This document shows positions 14,836 to 24,292 of a stretch of DNA of 32,427 nucleotides, piece after piece. The position numbers and the translations under genes were made by a program. Positions within the stretch are counted from its first letter, which is position 1. Each line of letters starts with the position of its first letter. Under the pieces are notes generated by a model. The model saw nothing but the letters and a program-made list of their open reading frames with translations, had not been told where the DNA came from and did not search any database. Origin of the DNA: Candidatus Hydrogenedentota bacterium (lineage in GTDB: Bacteria > Hydrogenedentota > Hydrogenedentia > Hydrogenedentales > SLHB01); assembly GCA_029974275.1 (NCBI GenBank), contig JARKSN010000201.1, positions 1-32,427 on the forward strand. The letters are read 5' to 3'.

Positions 14836-15489
14836 ATGAAAAAGGCGCTCGTTGGGATCTTTGCTATCGCATTGGTATTCGCATGTGCCTCTGCGATGGC
14901 GTACGAACCGAAAGTGTGGGATGACCTGTCCTGGTGGGGCCAGAGCGGCGCGAAGCCCGCTCCGGTGAAAGATACGCTGGACCGTTCCGGGTACTGGTGG
15001 TGGCCGACCGAGCCCGCCTCCAACGCCGATGATTCGGAATTGTGGGGCAATCGCGGCGTCGTGTATGCCAACTACGAAGAGAAGAAAGTGGAGCCCCCGA
15101 AGGCGAAGCCCCCGGTGGAAGCGCCCAAGCCCGTGCCCAGCCGCACCAAGCCTGTCTTGAACAACGTGTTGTTCGACTTCGACAAGGCCGTGCTCAAGGC
15201 CGAAGGCAAAGCCGAGACCGACAAGGTCGTCACGTGGATGAAAGACAATGCGAAAGACGTGCTGACGATCGAAGGGCACACCTGCAATATCGGCAGCGAA
15301 CAGTACAACATGGGTCTGGGCCAACGCCGTTCCGACTCGGTGAAAAAATACATGGTTGACAACGGCGTCGCCGCGGACCGCATCAAGACCCAAAGCTACG
15401 GCGAGACCAAGCCGGCCGTCCCGAACGACACGCCGGCCAATCGCAAGCTGAACCGCCGCGCCGTGTTCGACATCCAACTCGTCGACTAA
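14836..15489 (+). CDS. OmpA-like peptidoglycan-binding domain protein
   Basis: Signal peptide, short Trp-rich N-domain, Pro/Lys linker, then OmpA_C motifs VLFDFDKAVLK, IEGHTC..GSEQYNMGLGQRRSDSVK, SYGETKP, NRKLNRR. RBS AAGGAG. Confidence 0.93.
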   Translation: MKKALVGIFAIALVFACASAMAYEPKVWDDLSWWGQSGAKPAPVKDTLDRSGYWWWPTEPASNADDSELWGNRGVVYANYEEKKVEPPKAKPPVEAPKPVPSRTKPVLNNVLFDFDKAVLKAEGKAETDKVVTWMKDNAKDVLTIEGHTCNIGSEQYNMGLGQRRSDSVKKYMVDNGVAADRIKTQSYGETKPAVPNDTPANRKLNRRAVFDIQLVD

Positions 15490-15510
15490 TTGCGCTGCGC
15501 GTGATCAATC

Positions 15511-15552
15511 AGCCGCCCCGGAGCCCCAGCGGGTTCCGGGGCGGTTTCTATT
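15511..15552 (+). terminator. terminator between the convergent OmpA-domain and GxGYxYP genes
   Basis: AGCCGCCCCGGAGCCC-CAGC-GGGTTCCGGGGCGGTT followed by TCTATT. Confidence 0.75.
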
Positions 15553-15715
15553 CCGCCCCGCCCCCGCCCGTCGTCCCGGCTTGACATCCTTTCACCCATC
15601 GCGCCTTCGCCTCACGACAAACCTTCGTGACAACGCGCTCGCGATCTGTGTCTATCGTCTATCTGCGTTCCTCGGACGAGACGCAGCCGGCGACTCGACA
15701 GCGCGCGGCCACGCG

Positions 15716-17461
15716 TCACCTGCGAGGCGTGGTCGCGTTTTCAATCGACCGCTTATAGAGGTCAAAGAACGTATACGGATCGCAAAATTCCCAGTTTCGG
15801 TCGGGATATTTCTCGCACAAGCCGTCGCGAATCGCCCGAAGCGTGCTGGGCGTTTGAAGTATCATCCGGAAAAGCAAAAACTGCGGCCCCGACGGTTGGG
15901 CGGCGCCGGCCATTTGATCAACGGCGGCGGCAATTCCCCGAGGCGGATCGGGATAGATGTCGCCTACATGCCGGATAAACGGCGCGCCTCCCGCCAGCGG
16001 CGCGGCAAAGCCCAGTTGCATGCCCACCCCGTCGGGCGAGAACTTCGCATATGCCATCTGCACCTCGAGCGGCATGTCTCCGGCGAAACCATCGATCACA
16101 AAGCCCGTGATGCTATAGCCAAAACGCGCGTAACGCTTCGTGTTGTGTTTCACCCAGAGTTCGAGGGCGTTGGGCAAGCCGCTGCCCCGGCGTTCGCCCG
16201 CAAGCAATGTGGGATTGAGATACCCCGCGCCGGAGTCGCCCGCGATGAACCAATCGTTCGCGGTCTTGGTTCGATACACGTGATCGAACACATACGGCAC
16301 GCGATCCGCCAAGTTCGGATTGAACGCCCATGCGATAGGAAGACTGCCGCGCGCGGGATCGTCCCAGATCGCGGCAATCGAATTCGACAGCCACGCCGCC
16401 GAATCGTAATCGCCCATATAGACCAACACGTACGTCTTGTTCTCGAGCGGGCGCGAAGCGGGGCGCGGATTTTGTTTGTACCGTTTCTTGAGCGGATGAT
16501 GGCGGTATGCCGAAGCGTTCGCCATCGAATACGGCCCTACCGCGTCGGCGTCCAGGATGGCATTGTGCGCCGACAGGATCGCCGCATATTCCCATTCCGT
16601 GTTCACCGCCCCGTGTCTGCCGCCCGCGCCTGCCGCGTCGGTGTACTTTACGTTCCACGGAACAAAGCCGCCCACGCTCGTGAACTGACGCCCTTTGTTT
16701 TGCCGGTATTGCGCTTGCAGCAGCGTTTCGAGGGTGCGCTTGTCCGTTCCCAGGGGCTGCGCCGGATCGTCCACCGGCGCTTCGTCGGCCCACGGCAACA
16801 GATCAAAAAAGAAAGCCCTGCGCGCAATAAAATAATCCTGGTTCGGCAACGTATCCTGTCCGCCCACGCCGCCGGGAAAGGCATCGCAGTAATACGCCAT
16901 CAACGCGGGATGACAACGTCCCGCATCCAGGTACGTGCGTTTCGCCCAAAGATACGCATCGCACTTGCGGCTGCCCGTTTCGGAGCCGGTGAACATGCCC
17001 TCCAGCGACAGGCGCACGGGCAGTTTCGGGCCGGACTCGACAAGGCGCCGGTGCAACCCGCTGTTCGCGCGCACGGGCAGCCATCCTTCCACTCCGCACG
17101 CCGTGGCCGCGATGTTCGCCGTGGCGGGAACAGCCGGATCCCACACCACCACGCCGCGCTTCGACTCCGGAAAACACGCGAGAAGCGTGTCGATATCGGC
17201 GACGCGATCGAGGGCCCAGCCCTTCAGCCAGCCCTGTCGCAACACGGAAAGCCAGTACGCATCCATGGCGCTATCGTCCGGCGACAGGCGCAAAATCAGA
17301 CGGGGGGCGTCGCGGTTCACAACGCCCTGCAGCGCCGTCACGAACTTCATCGCGTCATATCGGTCCGTGCCGTCGATCGGCAGCGAGGCAAGATCGAACT
17401 GAACAAGACGAGGCGCGGGCGCCGCAAGCGTCACGCTGACACAGAGGATGGCAGCAATCAC
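15716..17461 (-). CDS. GxGYxYP-family putative glycoside hydrolase, secreted
   Basis: 581 aa with GTG start, RBS AAAGGAG and a signal peptide. Motifs ALQGVVNRDAPRL, GVVVWDP, YMGDYDS, RGSLPIAW, 'DSGAGYLNP'. Confidence 0.8.
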   Translation of the reverse strand: MIAAILCVSVTLAAPAPRLVQFDLASLPIDGTDRYDAMKFVTALQGVVNRDAPRLILRLSPDDSAMDAYWLSVLRQGWLKGWALDRVADIDTLLACFPESKRGVVVWDPAVPATANIAATACGVEGWLPVRANSGLHRRLVESGPKLPVRLSLEGMFTGSETGSRKCDAYLWAKRTYLDAGRCHPALMAYYCDAFPGGVGGQDTLPNQDYFIARRAFFFDLLPWADEAPVDDPAQPLGTDKRTLETLLQAQYRQNKGRQFTSVGGFVPWNVKYTDAAGAGGRHGAVNTEWEYAAILSAHNAILDADAVGPYSMANASAYRHHPLKKRYKQNPRPASRPLENKTYVLVYMGDYDSAAWLSNSIAAIWDDPARGSLPIAWAFNPNLADRVPYVFDHVYRTKTANDWFIAGDSGAGYLNPTLLAGERRGSGLPNALELWVKHNTKRYARFGYSITGFVIDGFAGDMPLEVQMAYAKFSPDGVGMQLGFAAPLAGGAPFIRHVGDIYPDPPRGIAAAVDQMAGAAQPSGPQFLLFRMILQTPSTLRAIRDGLCEKYPDRNWEFCDPYTFFDLYKRSIENATTPRR

Positions 17462-17547
17462 AGGGATCTCCTTTCACACAAAAAAGAACGTGTGCTCATG
17501 CCATCGTGATCGAAAGCGCCGGCATTTTCAACGCGGCGCCGCGCCAA

Positions 17548-17757
17548 TCAGCCGTAGGCGGCGAATAGGACGCGCGCGGCGCGTTGGGCGCCGGCGCAGC
17601 CTGCGCGGCTGGCGCTGTGCGAGAAGAATTCGACTTGGGTTTCGAGAAAGCACGCAGGACAGTAGGTATGGGAGACAGCCCCCGGCAACGGGGCGGCGGG
17701 GATATGCCAGGCGCCGCGAACGCGGACTTTTTTGCACTTGCAGCATTGCGTCACCAT
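17548..17757 (-). CDS. 69-aa Zn-ribbon-like protein (CxxCKKVR...W...SHTYCPxC)
   Basis: RBS AAGGAGG 7 nt upstream of ATG 17757, two CxxC pairs, and a sigma28 promoter immediately upstream. Confidence 0.75.
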   Translation of the reverse strand: MVTQCCKCKKVRVRGAWHIPAAPLPGAVSHTYCPACFLETQVEFFSHSASRAGCAGAQRAARVLFAAYG

Positions 17758-17784
17758 AGACAGCCCTCCTTGGCCTACCTGCGT

Positions 17785-17812
17785 CTATCGGCACAGCAGG
17801 GCGATGACTTTA
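17785..17812 (-). promoter_or_regulatory. sigma28 promoter of the Zn-ribbon microprotein
   Basis: Minus strand (C)TAAA(17812-17809)-N16-GCCGATAG(17792-17785). Spacing and the TAAAGT start are the same as in the flgM promoter. Confidence 0.75.
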
Positions 17813-18093
17813 GCGCGTTTTGATTTGCACACAACGGTTGAGGGGAATCCTCAAGCCGCTCGGCGTAATCTCCGCACGACTTTGCACAAGGATGAATCGG
17901 TCAGGACGCCAGGGCAGGGTCTTAGGGAAGGGAGATATGGCTGTCAAAATATGGATATACTTTTTCCCGATTCTGCGCTATACTGTCACAAACAGTCCAC
18001 AAATTGACAGTATTCTGGCGTTTAGAGGTTTAGGACGGAATAAGAGAGAAAGTTTCGCTCTGCGCAGGGTGATGCGAACGCAAGATACGGGAA

Positions 18094-21000
18094 GTGTACG
18101 TGTCCAAACGCTCGGCCCCAAAGAAGGAAAAAGACACGCCGCAGGGCGCTTGTTCGCTCAAAAACGCCTTTACCCAGACGGAAACGTCCCGCTGGGAACG
18201 TCTTGTCGGTTCCGTGGCGCGCATGCAGGAGATGGTGTTCTCGCATTCCGCCGTCAGCCTCGACGCCATTGCCAGCGCTGTCGCGAGTCTGGGTCAGGAC
18301 TTGGAACTCGACGGCGCCCGGCTCTTCGAAATTCATGCCGTCCCTAACCATGGCGCCCTGACGGCGCTTCCATGCGTTGCGTGGGAGGCTCCCGGCGAGC
18401 ATGAAGCGCGCTGCATCGCGTACGAGAGCGAATTCCCGCACTGGCTTGCGTTGCTGCAACAAGGCGAGTCCATTGGCGGATCCGTTGCCCATTTTTCCGA
18501 AGCCGAGCAAGAGGCGCTTCGCGCAAAGGGCATCCGATCCCTCCTGCTTCTTCCCCTGAAATCGGGCCGTTTTCAAGGCTTCCTCGAACTGTGCGCGAGG
18601 CATTCGGCACGCGAATTCTCCGCTTGCGAACAACGCCTGATCGCTGCCGCGGCCTTGTCTCTCTGCGGCGCATTGTGTTGGCATGGCGCGGCGAGGGCGC
18701 ATGAAGACGAGCGCGCCGGCGTCGTGACGGGATTGGCGGGAATCGCCCAAGACATCGCCGATCGCAGACAGGAAAAGTGGCTGCAGGCCATTTGCCAGCA
18801 CAGCCCAGCGGGGATTGTTTTGCTGGAACTGCCGCCCCTGATGCGGTTTGCCTGGGTCAACCCGGCGTTCTGCGCCTTGGTGGGTTACACGGAAGCCGAG
18901 TTGCACCGCATGACCCTCGAGCAACTTTCGCATCCAGAAGACCTCGCGGCGGAAATGGTCGAGGGCCGCCGCGTTCTTCGGGGTGAAATCCCGTTCTTTT
19001 CGAGAGAAAAACGGTATATCCGGAAAGACGGCTCCCTCGTATGGGTCGATCTCACCACCACGGTCATTTGGGGCGATGACGGCTCCCCGCAGCATGCCAT
19101 GGGGGTGGTGCTGGACATCACGGCCCGCAAGGAGGCCGAGCGAACCCTCAAGAAAATGCAAGCCGATCTGGCCGAAGCGCAGCGACTGGCCCATGTGGGC
19201 AGTTATTGGGTCAGCAACGAGGAAAACCGTGTCGAATGGTCCGAGGAGACGTTCCGCATCTGCGGGCGCGATCCGGCCCTGGGTCCGCCCCTCGGCGATG
19301 AATTCCTGCGCATCGTGCACCCGGAAGACGTCGATATCGTGCAGCGTCTGATCCAAACAGCCCTGCAGCAGAAGACCTCTTTTGAGGGAGAATACCGCGT
19401 TGTGCGCCCCGACGGAGCCGTCCGGCATGTATGCAGCGCGGGAGGGCCTCTGTTCGATGATGTGGGAGCGGTGAAGGGACTGTTCGGAACGGTCATGGAC
19501 ATCACCGAACGCAAAGAGATGGAGCGGCGCCTACGCGAGAGCGAAGAGCATTACCGCCTTATCACCGAGTGCTTGACCGACACGATATGGCTGACGGACA
19601 TGGATTTCCGCGTGAGGTTCATCAATCCCGCCGGCGAACGGTTGCGCGGATACACGATGGAAGAACTGCGCGACTTGCCCTTGGAAAAGCAGCTCACCCC
19701 GGCATCGATGGCCAGAGTGCGAACGCTCTTGCGCGAGGAACTCCTCCCGGAACGCCTCGCCGACAAAAACGCCTCGATCCACTTCGCCATCGAACTCGAA
19801 GTGTGCAAGAAGGATGGTTCGACGTATTGCTCCGAGTTGACGGTGACCCTCCTGCGCGATGCCCACGGAACGCCGACGGGATTCCTGGGGACGGGCCGGG
19901 ACATCACCAAGCGCAAGCAGGCGGAAGAGGCGCTCCGCGCCACCCATGAACAGTTGAACGCCTTGATTGAGGAATCGCCCCTGCCCATCGCGATCCTGGG
20001 GCCTTTGGGCGAACTGCTCGTCTGGAACCCAGCCGCCGTCCAGTTGTTTGGCTGGAACGCGGCGGACGTGCGCCACGTCGATTGGTCGTTCATTCCCAGA
20101 GCCAAAATCGACGAATTCTGGGCGCTGCATCGCCGCGTCATGCAGGGCGAAACCTTGTCCGCCATCGAGGGAGAAGCGATCACCCGGGACGGTTCCTCGG
20201 TTCATGTCTCGGTTTGGGCGGCTCCGTTGCACAACGCTTGCGGCCAGGTTTCTTCGGTCATGGCCGTCATTGAAAACACGACCGCCCAGAAACAGGCCAT
20301 GGCGGTCCAGTTGCACGCATCGCGCATGGAGGCCACGGCGACCCTGGCGGGCGGCATCGCACACGATTTCAACAACCTCATGGTGACCGTGATGGGCAAC
20401 GCCGAGTTGCTCCGGGGCGATTGCATGGACAATCCCGCCGAGGCGTCTCTCATCGAAGGGATATTCGAGAGCGCGCGCCGGGCGGGGGAACTGGCCCAGC
20501 TCATGTTGGCCTATGCCCAAGGGGGCAAGTATTTCCCGCAGCCGCTCGACATGAGCGCCGTGGCCGACGCCGCCGTCAAGTTGCTGGCGCCCAACGCCGA
20601 AGCCCGCAACGTCCGCATCGACGCGCGGTGTGTCGAGGGGCTTCGCCCTGTTTTCGCGGATGCCATCCAAATGGGCATCGTGATTCACAACCTCCTGATG
20701 AACGCCATCGAAGCAATGCCCGAGGGCGGCGTCGCGACGATTTCGACGTCGAACGCCAGCATGCCCGATTCCTCCGACGAAACGCCCGCCGCCGTTTCGC
20801 GAGAAGCCATTCTGCTGTGCGTGGAAGACACGGGCATGGGCATGGAGGATGCCGTGCAGCGCCGCATGTTCGAGCCCTTCTTTTCCACCAAGTTCCAAGG
20901 CCGCGGCCTAGGCCTTGCCGCCGCGTACGGAATCGTCAAAAACCACAGCGGCCAGATTCAGGTCGAGAGCGCGCCGCATTGCGGGGCTTCTTTCCGGGTG

Positions 21001-21450
21001 TATCTGCCGGTTTATGAGCGCCCTTCCTTGGCCATGGCCCCTGTCGAAAGCCTGCGCGCCGCAGAAGCCGAAACGATCCTGCTGATTGACGACGAAGCGA
21101 TCGTGGTTCGGACGACAAAACTCATGCTGGAACGGCTGGGCTACAAGGTGTTGACGGCGCGCAACGGACTCGAAGCCCTGCAACAAGCGCACGCCTACGA
21201 GGGCGACATTCACCTGGCGCTGCTCGACTTGGCCATGCCCGAAATGAACGGCTACCAGGCGTTCCCCTTGCTGCGTCAGGCACGACCGAACATGCGCATC
21301 ACGATCTGCAGCGGTTTTGATATCGACCCTTCGGTGCAGGCGCTGTTGGACGCAGGAGCGCGGGCATTCATCCGCAAGCCGTTTACGCTGAGCACGTTGA
21401 GAGAAAGCCTCGAACAGACGCGCCTCTCCTGCGCCACGGAATGGGAATAA
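18094..21450 (+). CDS. cytoplasmic hybrid sensor histidine kinase/response regulator (GAF-4xPAS-HisKA-HATPase-REC)
   Basis: PAS/PAC ends LDITARK, MDITERK, RDITKRK, ENTTAQK. H-box GGIAHDFNN, N-box NLLMNAIEAM, G1 EDTGMGM, F-box FEPFFSTK, G2 GRGLGL. REC motifs LIDDE/LLDLAMP/IRKP. No TM segments seen; GTG start uncertain. Confidence 0.93.
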   Translation: MYVSKRSAPKKEKDTPQGACSLKNAFTQTETSRWERLVGSVARMQEMVFSHSAVSLDAIASAVASLGQDLELDGARLFEIHAVPNHGALTALPCVAWEAPGEHEARCIAYESEFPHWLALLQQGESIGGSVAHFSEAEQEALRAKGIRSLLLLPLKSGRFQGFLELCARHSAREFSACEQRLIAAAALSLCGALCWHGAARAHEDERAGVVTGLAGIAQDIADRRQEKWLQAICQHSPAGIVLLELPPLMRFAWVNPAFCALVGYTEAELHRMTLEQLSHPEDLAAEMVEGRRVLRGEIPFFSREKRYIRKDGSLVWVDLTTTVIWGDDGSPQHAMGVVLDITARKEAERTLKKMQADLAEAQRLAHVGSYWVSNEENRVEWSEETFRICGRDPALGPPLGDEFLRIVHPEDVDIVQRLIQTALQQKTSFEGEYRVVRPDGAVRHVCSAGGPLFDDVGAVKGLFGTVMDITERKEMERRLRESEEHYRLITECLTDTIWLTDMDFRVRFINPAGERLRGYTMEELRDLPLEKQLTPASMARVRTLLREELLPERLADKNASIHFAIELEVCKKDGSTYCSELTVTLLRDAHGTPTGFLGTGRDITKRKQAEEALRATHEQLNALIEESPLPIAILGPLGELLVWNPAAVQLFGWNAADVRHVDWSFIPRAKIDEFWALHRRVMQGETLSAIEGEAITRDGSSVHVSVWAAPLHNACGQVSSVMAVIENTTAQKQAMAVQLHASRMEATATLAGGIAHDFNNLMVTVMGNAELLRGDCMDNPAEASLIEGIFESARRAGELAQLMLAYAQGGKYFPQPLDMSAVADAAVKLLAPNAEARNVRIDARCVEGLRPVFADAIQMGIVIHNLLMNAIEAMPEGGVATISTSNASMPDSSDETPAAVSREAILLCVEDTGMGMEDAVQRRMFEPFFSTKFQGRGLGLAAAYGIVKNHSGQIQVESAPHCGASFRVYLPVYERPSLAMAPVESLRAAEAETILLIDDEAIVVRTTKLMLERLGYKVLTARNGLEALQQAHAYEGDIHLALLDLAMPEMNGYQAFPLLRQARPNMRITICSGFDIDPSVQALLDAGARAFIRKPFTLSTLRESLEQTRLSCATEWE

Positions 21451-21479
21451 GGAGAAAAAGACCTCTTTGGCAGAAGAAA

Positions 21480-21556
21480 TGGTACCGGGAAAGGGGGTCG
21501 AACCCTTGACCTCTGGATCCACAATCCAGCGCTCTAACCATCTGAGCTATCCCGGC
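21480..21556 (-). tRNA. tRNA-His(GUG), CCA encoded, atypical acceptor end
   Basis: GCCGGGATAGCTCAGATGGTTAGAGCGCTGGATTGTGGATCCAGAGGTCAAGGGTTCGACCCCCTTTCCCGGTACCA. Stems are GCCGGGA/TCCCGGT, GCTC/GAGC, CTGGA/TCCAG around TT-GTG-GA, and AAGGG/CCCTT with a TTCGA loop. Confidence 0.95.
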
Positions 21557-21572
21557 AACAGAACCGAGGTCC

Positions 21573-21602
21573 ACTTTATCATGACCACGGGCGGCCGTGC
21601 AA
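21573..21602 (-). promoter_or_regulatory. candidate promoter of tRNA-His
   Basis: Minus strand TTGCAC-N18-TAAAGT with TGn extension, 16 nt upstream of the tRNA. Confidence 0.45.
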
Positions 21603-21699
21603 GAAATCGGAGCCATCGCAGCGCATCGCATCAAAAACACGCGATCCTGCGATGCAAATGCCCGCGCGCGTCTTTGCAGCCCGTAAGGACCAATCGGCG

Positions 21700-24210
21700 T
21701 CAATCGTGACGTCCGGGAAGACCATGGGCCGCGTATCCGCGCGCCTCGGAGTACCGTTCCTCGAGCGGCTGGGGCTGATAGCTTGCCGCCGGCTTGTCGG
21801 CGAATTCGAGGAGGTAGATCCCGTCCTTCACGGTGTCGAACTCGAGCGTCTTCTGGTCGGAGCGGAAAATCGCCTCCTTATCCTTGATCACGTTGCAGGG
21901 GCCATTCCACGGGTTCTCGATGCGGCACTTCCCGCCCCATAGGCTGCGGATTTCAACCAGTTTGGGAACGCCGTCCGTTACGTCCGCAGCGACGAGAAAA
22001 CCGCCTTCCGCGCGTAATTGGAACACCCCTCCCCATAAGGCGGACAACGCAGGAACCACGCGGATGACGCCGCCGTGGCTTTGCATCAGAATCTCCTGCA
22101 ACGCGGTGGCCGAACATCCGCCCCCGTCGAGGAAGGGAGGCGCGAAGGAATTGTCGCGCGGAACGGGCCGACAATGGATGACTTCCCAGCCGCCATAGGG
22201 CCAGGTGTTGAAACGGCGCGCGTGTTCCGCCAGCAGCACGCACGCCTGGTCCTTGAGTCCCAAGCGCGCCGCCCAGATCGCGTCCATGGACCAGCCCCAC
22301 CAGAGAGGAGTCGTGCGATAGACGAAGGTGCGCACGGCGCGGTCGTAGTCGGGCGCGCCGATGCCGCTCAGGCCGAAGGGATAGACGCGATACAGGGCGG
22401 GGTTTTCGCAGTTGATGCGGTTGGGAAAACCGTGTTTGCCGGCGGCGGGCGCGTAGGCGTCGACGGTTGCGTCTACGCGGCCATCGTCGTGCCACTTGCC
22501 GATGCTGTGATCGGGAAGCGCCGCGAGGACTTCCTGGCATTTGGCGCGCAGCCTGGCGTCCTTGCCGTATCGTTCGGAGAGTTCGATGAACTGCGGAAAG
22601 ATGGCCCGGATGCCGTCAAACGTGTCCGCGGGATCGCGCACCTGCCACCACGTTTCCAGCGCATTGGCGGGGTCAAGATGATAGCGCCCGTCCGCTTCTT
22701 TGCGCACCAGTCCACAGATGAATTCGCACACGCCGCGCACAAAGGGATACGCCTGTTTCCGCAAATACTCTTCGTCGCCGGAATAGCGGTAGTACGCCAG
22801 ATAGTGATGGCTGATTTCGAGTCCGGAGGTGAAGATCAGGCCGACATGCGTCGCGAAATGCGAGAAACGCCCATACGTGACGTTGCGCTCGGCGCTGTGG
22901 AACCACGCGGCGTTTTCGGGCGCGTTGTCGTCCGTGATGCTGAGCGTCGAACTCATGCCCCACGGCGCGTAGGTTTCGGGGACCCAGATGCCGTCCCACC
23001 CGAAGACGTTTTGTGTCTGTTTTTCGAGGAACGGGACCATGCGCGAGAAGGCGTCCGGCAGTCCCTTGGCCATTTCCAGGCGGTTGGCGGCATAGAGCGG
23101 CATGAAGTTGAAGCGCACCTCTTGCACCCAGTCCTCGACCTTGCTGCCGTCGCGCGCATCGCCTTCTATCAGCAGACCGCCGCCGCCGTAGGAGGCGGGG
23201 AACGGTCCGCGGTTCACGCACGCCAGCGTATAGAGATGCACGTGATACGCCGCCGTGAGCCACTCGGCCTGCTGATCGGCGCTGTGCATGCGCAGGAACG
23301 ACTTGCTCCAGTAATCCTTCCACCACGCCTCGTGCTCGGCGCGCAACGTCGCCATCGGTTTCGCGAGCGCTTCCGCAAGTTGTGCGTTCGCCGCCTCCAG
23401 AGGATCCGTTTTCAGCGTCACCTCGGCCGAGATGATGATCGAGCACTCGCCGGGGCGCTTGCCCGGCAACGTCATCGTGGCCACCTTGTCCTTGACGACG
23501 ATGCTGTCCGGCGCCAACGACGACGTCCCCACGACGACGCCCGTGCCGCGCCCCAGCATCGGGTCGGTTTCCGGCGTGAAGAAATGTTGCATGCCGGTTT
23601 CCGACCCGCCGATGCCGCTCTGCCAGACCTCCTTGGCCCAGGCGGTCGTGGGGGTCTGGCCGACGTTCATGCTGGGTCGCCATTGTGAGAACTCGACGCT
23701 GACCGGCCCGAGCATTGCCTGCGGGTCAAACACGTCAATCACGATGATGCGTCGGGAAGGATGGCCCCATACTTCGAAACGCGGGCCGTTCTCTTCGTCG
23801 CCGATCCGCGCCACAACCTTGCCGCGGTACAGGTCAAGACGCTGACGGAAGAATTTCCGGGCGAGTTCCTTGCCGCGTTCCCCGACATCGAGCCGGACAT
23901 GGCCCAGGCTTCCGTTCAGATTGTCGCACTTCGAAAGGTGGATATCGAGATCGCCGTCGCAACGGACCATCGCGGAAAGATCGCCGCCCCCCACGGGCAT
24001 GGATTTCCAGGCGTTGTAGGCAGGTCCTGTGTAGACGACATCGTTGCGAGAGACGATCCGGGCCGGGTCAAAGAGCCATTGATTGTTCGCCACATCGTAT
24101 GAGACCGCCCCGGCGTCGACGAAGTCCCCTGCTGGCGCTTGCTGCGCCGCCGCGAACAGAGCGCTGGCGGCCAGGGGCGTAACGAGAAAAAGATGTTGCA
24201 ACGTTTTCAT
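21700..24210 (-). CDS. secreted GH95-like/DUF5703 glycoside hydrolase
   Basis: 836 aa with a signal peptide. Motifs SMPVGGGDLSAMV, QRLDLYRG, HEAWWKDYWSKS, YRYSGDEEYL..AYPFVR, NALETWW, ALQEILMQSHGGVIRVVPA, LRAEGGFLVAA (GH95-type C-terminus). Confidence 0.8.
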   Translation of the reverse strand: MKTLQHLFLVTPLAASALFAAAQQAPAGDFVDAGAVSYDVANNQWLFDPARIVSRNDVVYTGPAYNAWKSMPVGGGDLSAMVRCDGDLDIHLSKCDNLNGSLGHVRLDVGERGKELARKFFRQRLDLYRGKVVARIGDEENGPRFEVWGHPSRRIIVIDVFDPQAMLGPVSVEFSQWRPSMNVGQTPTTAWAKEVWQSGIGGSETGMQHFFTPETDPMLGRGTGVVVGTSSLAPDSIVVKDKVATMTLPGKRPGECSIIISAEVTLKTDPLEAANAQLAEALAKPMATLRAEHEAWWKDYWSKSFLRMHSADQQAEWLTAAYHVHLYTLACVNRGPFPASYGGGGLLIEGDARDGSKVEDWVQEVRFNFMPLYAANRLEMAKGLPDAFSRMVPFLEKQTQNVFGWDGIWVPETYAPWGMSSTLSITDDNAPENAAWFHSAERNVTYGRFSHFATHVGLIFTSGLEISHHYLAYYRYSGDEEYLRKQAYPFVRGVCEFICGLVRKEADGRYHLDPANALETWWQVRDPADTFDGIRAIFPQFIELSERYGKDARLRAKCQEVLAALPDHSIGKWHDDGRVDATVDAYAPAAGKHGFPNRINCENPALYRVYPFGLSGIGAPDYDRAVRTFVYRTTPLWWGWSMDAIWAARLGLKDQACVLLAEHARRFNTWPYGGWEVIHCRPVPRDNSFAPPFLDGGGCSATALQEILMQSHGGVIRVVPALSALWGGVFQLRAEGGFLVAADVTDGVPKLVEIRSLWGGKCRIENPWNGPCNVIKDKEAIFRSDQKTLEFDTVKDGIYLLEFADKPAASYQPQPLEERYSEARGYAAHGLPGRHD

Positions 24211-24292
24211 GATGCCCCCGCTGGTTGCCTCCGCAAGACTGCGGCAGATTGCGTCGCGTTCTGGCCGTCACATTATAGCGCATGGAGGCGCG

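Noticed and set aside
15581..17509. 642-aa plus-strand ORF, and similar long antisense ORFs (915-2225, 4152-5429, 7772-9124, 11228-12799, 18022-19428, 19531-20898, 22075-23688, 24083-25798)
   Set aside because: These are shadow ORFs opposite well-supported genes in high-GC DNA. They are Arg/Ala/His-rich and have no motifs or RBS.
18094..21556. Genomic island integrated at the tRNA-His 3' end
   Set aside because: No integrase, no duplicated tRNA 3' end (att site) and no evident compositional shift were found by eye.
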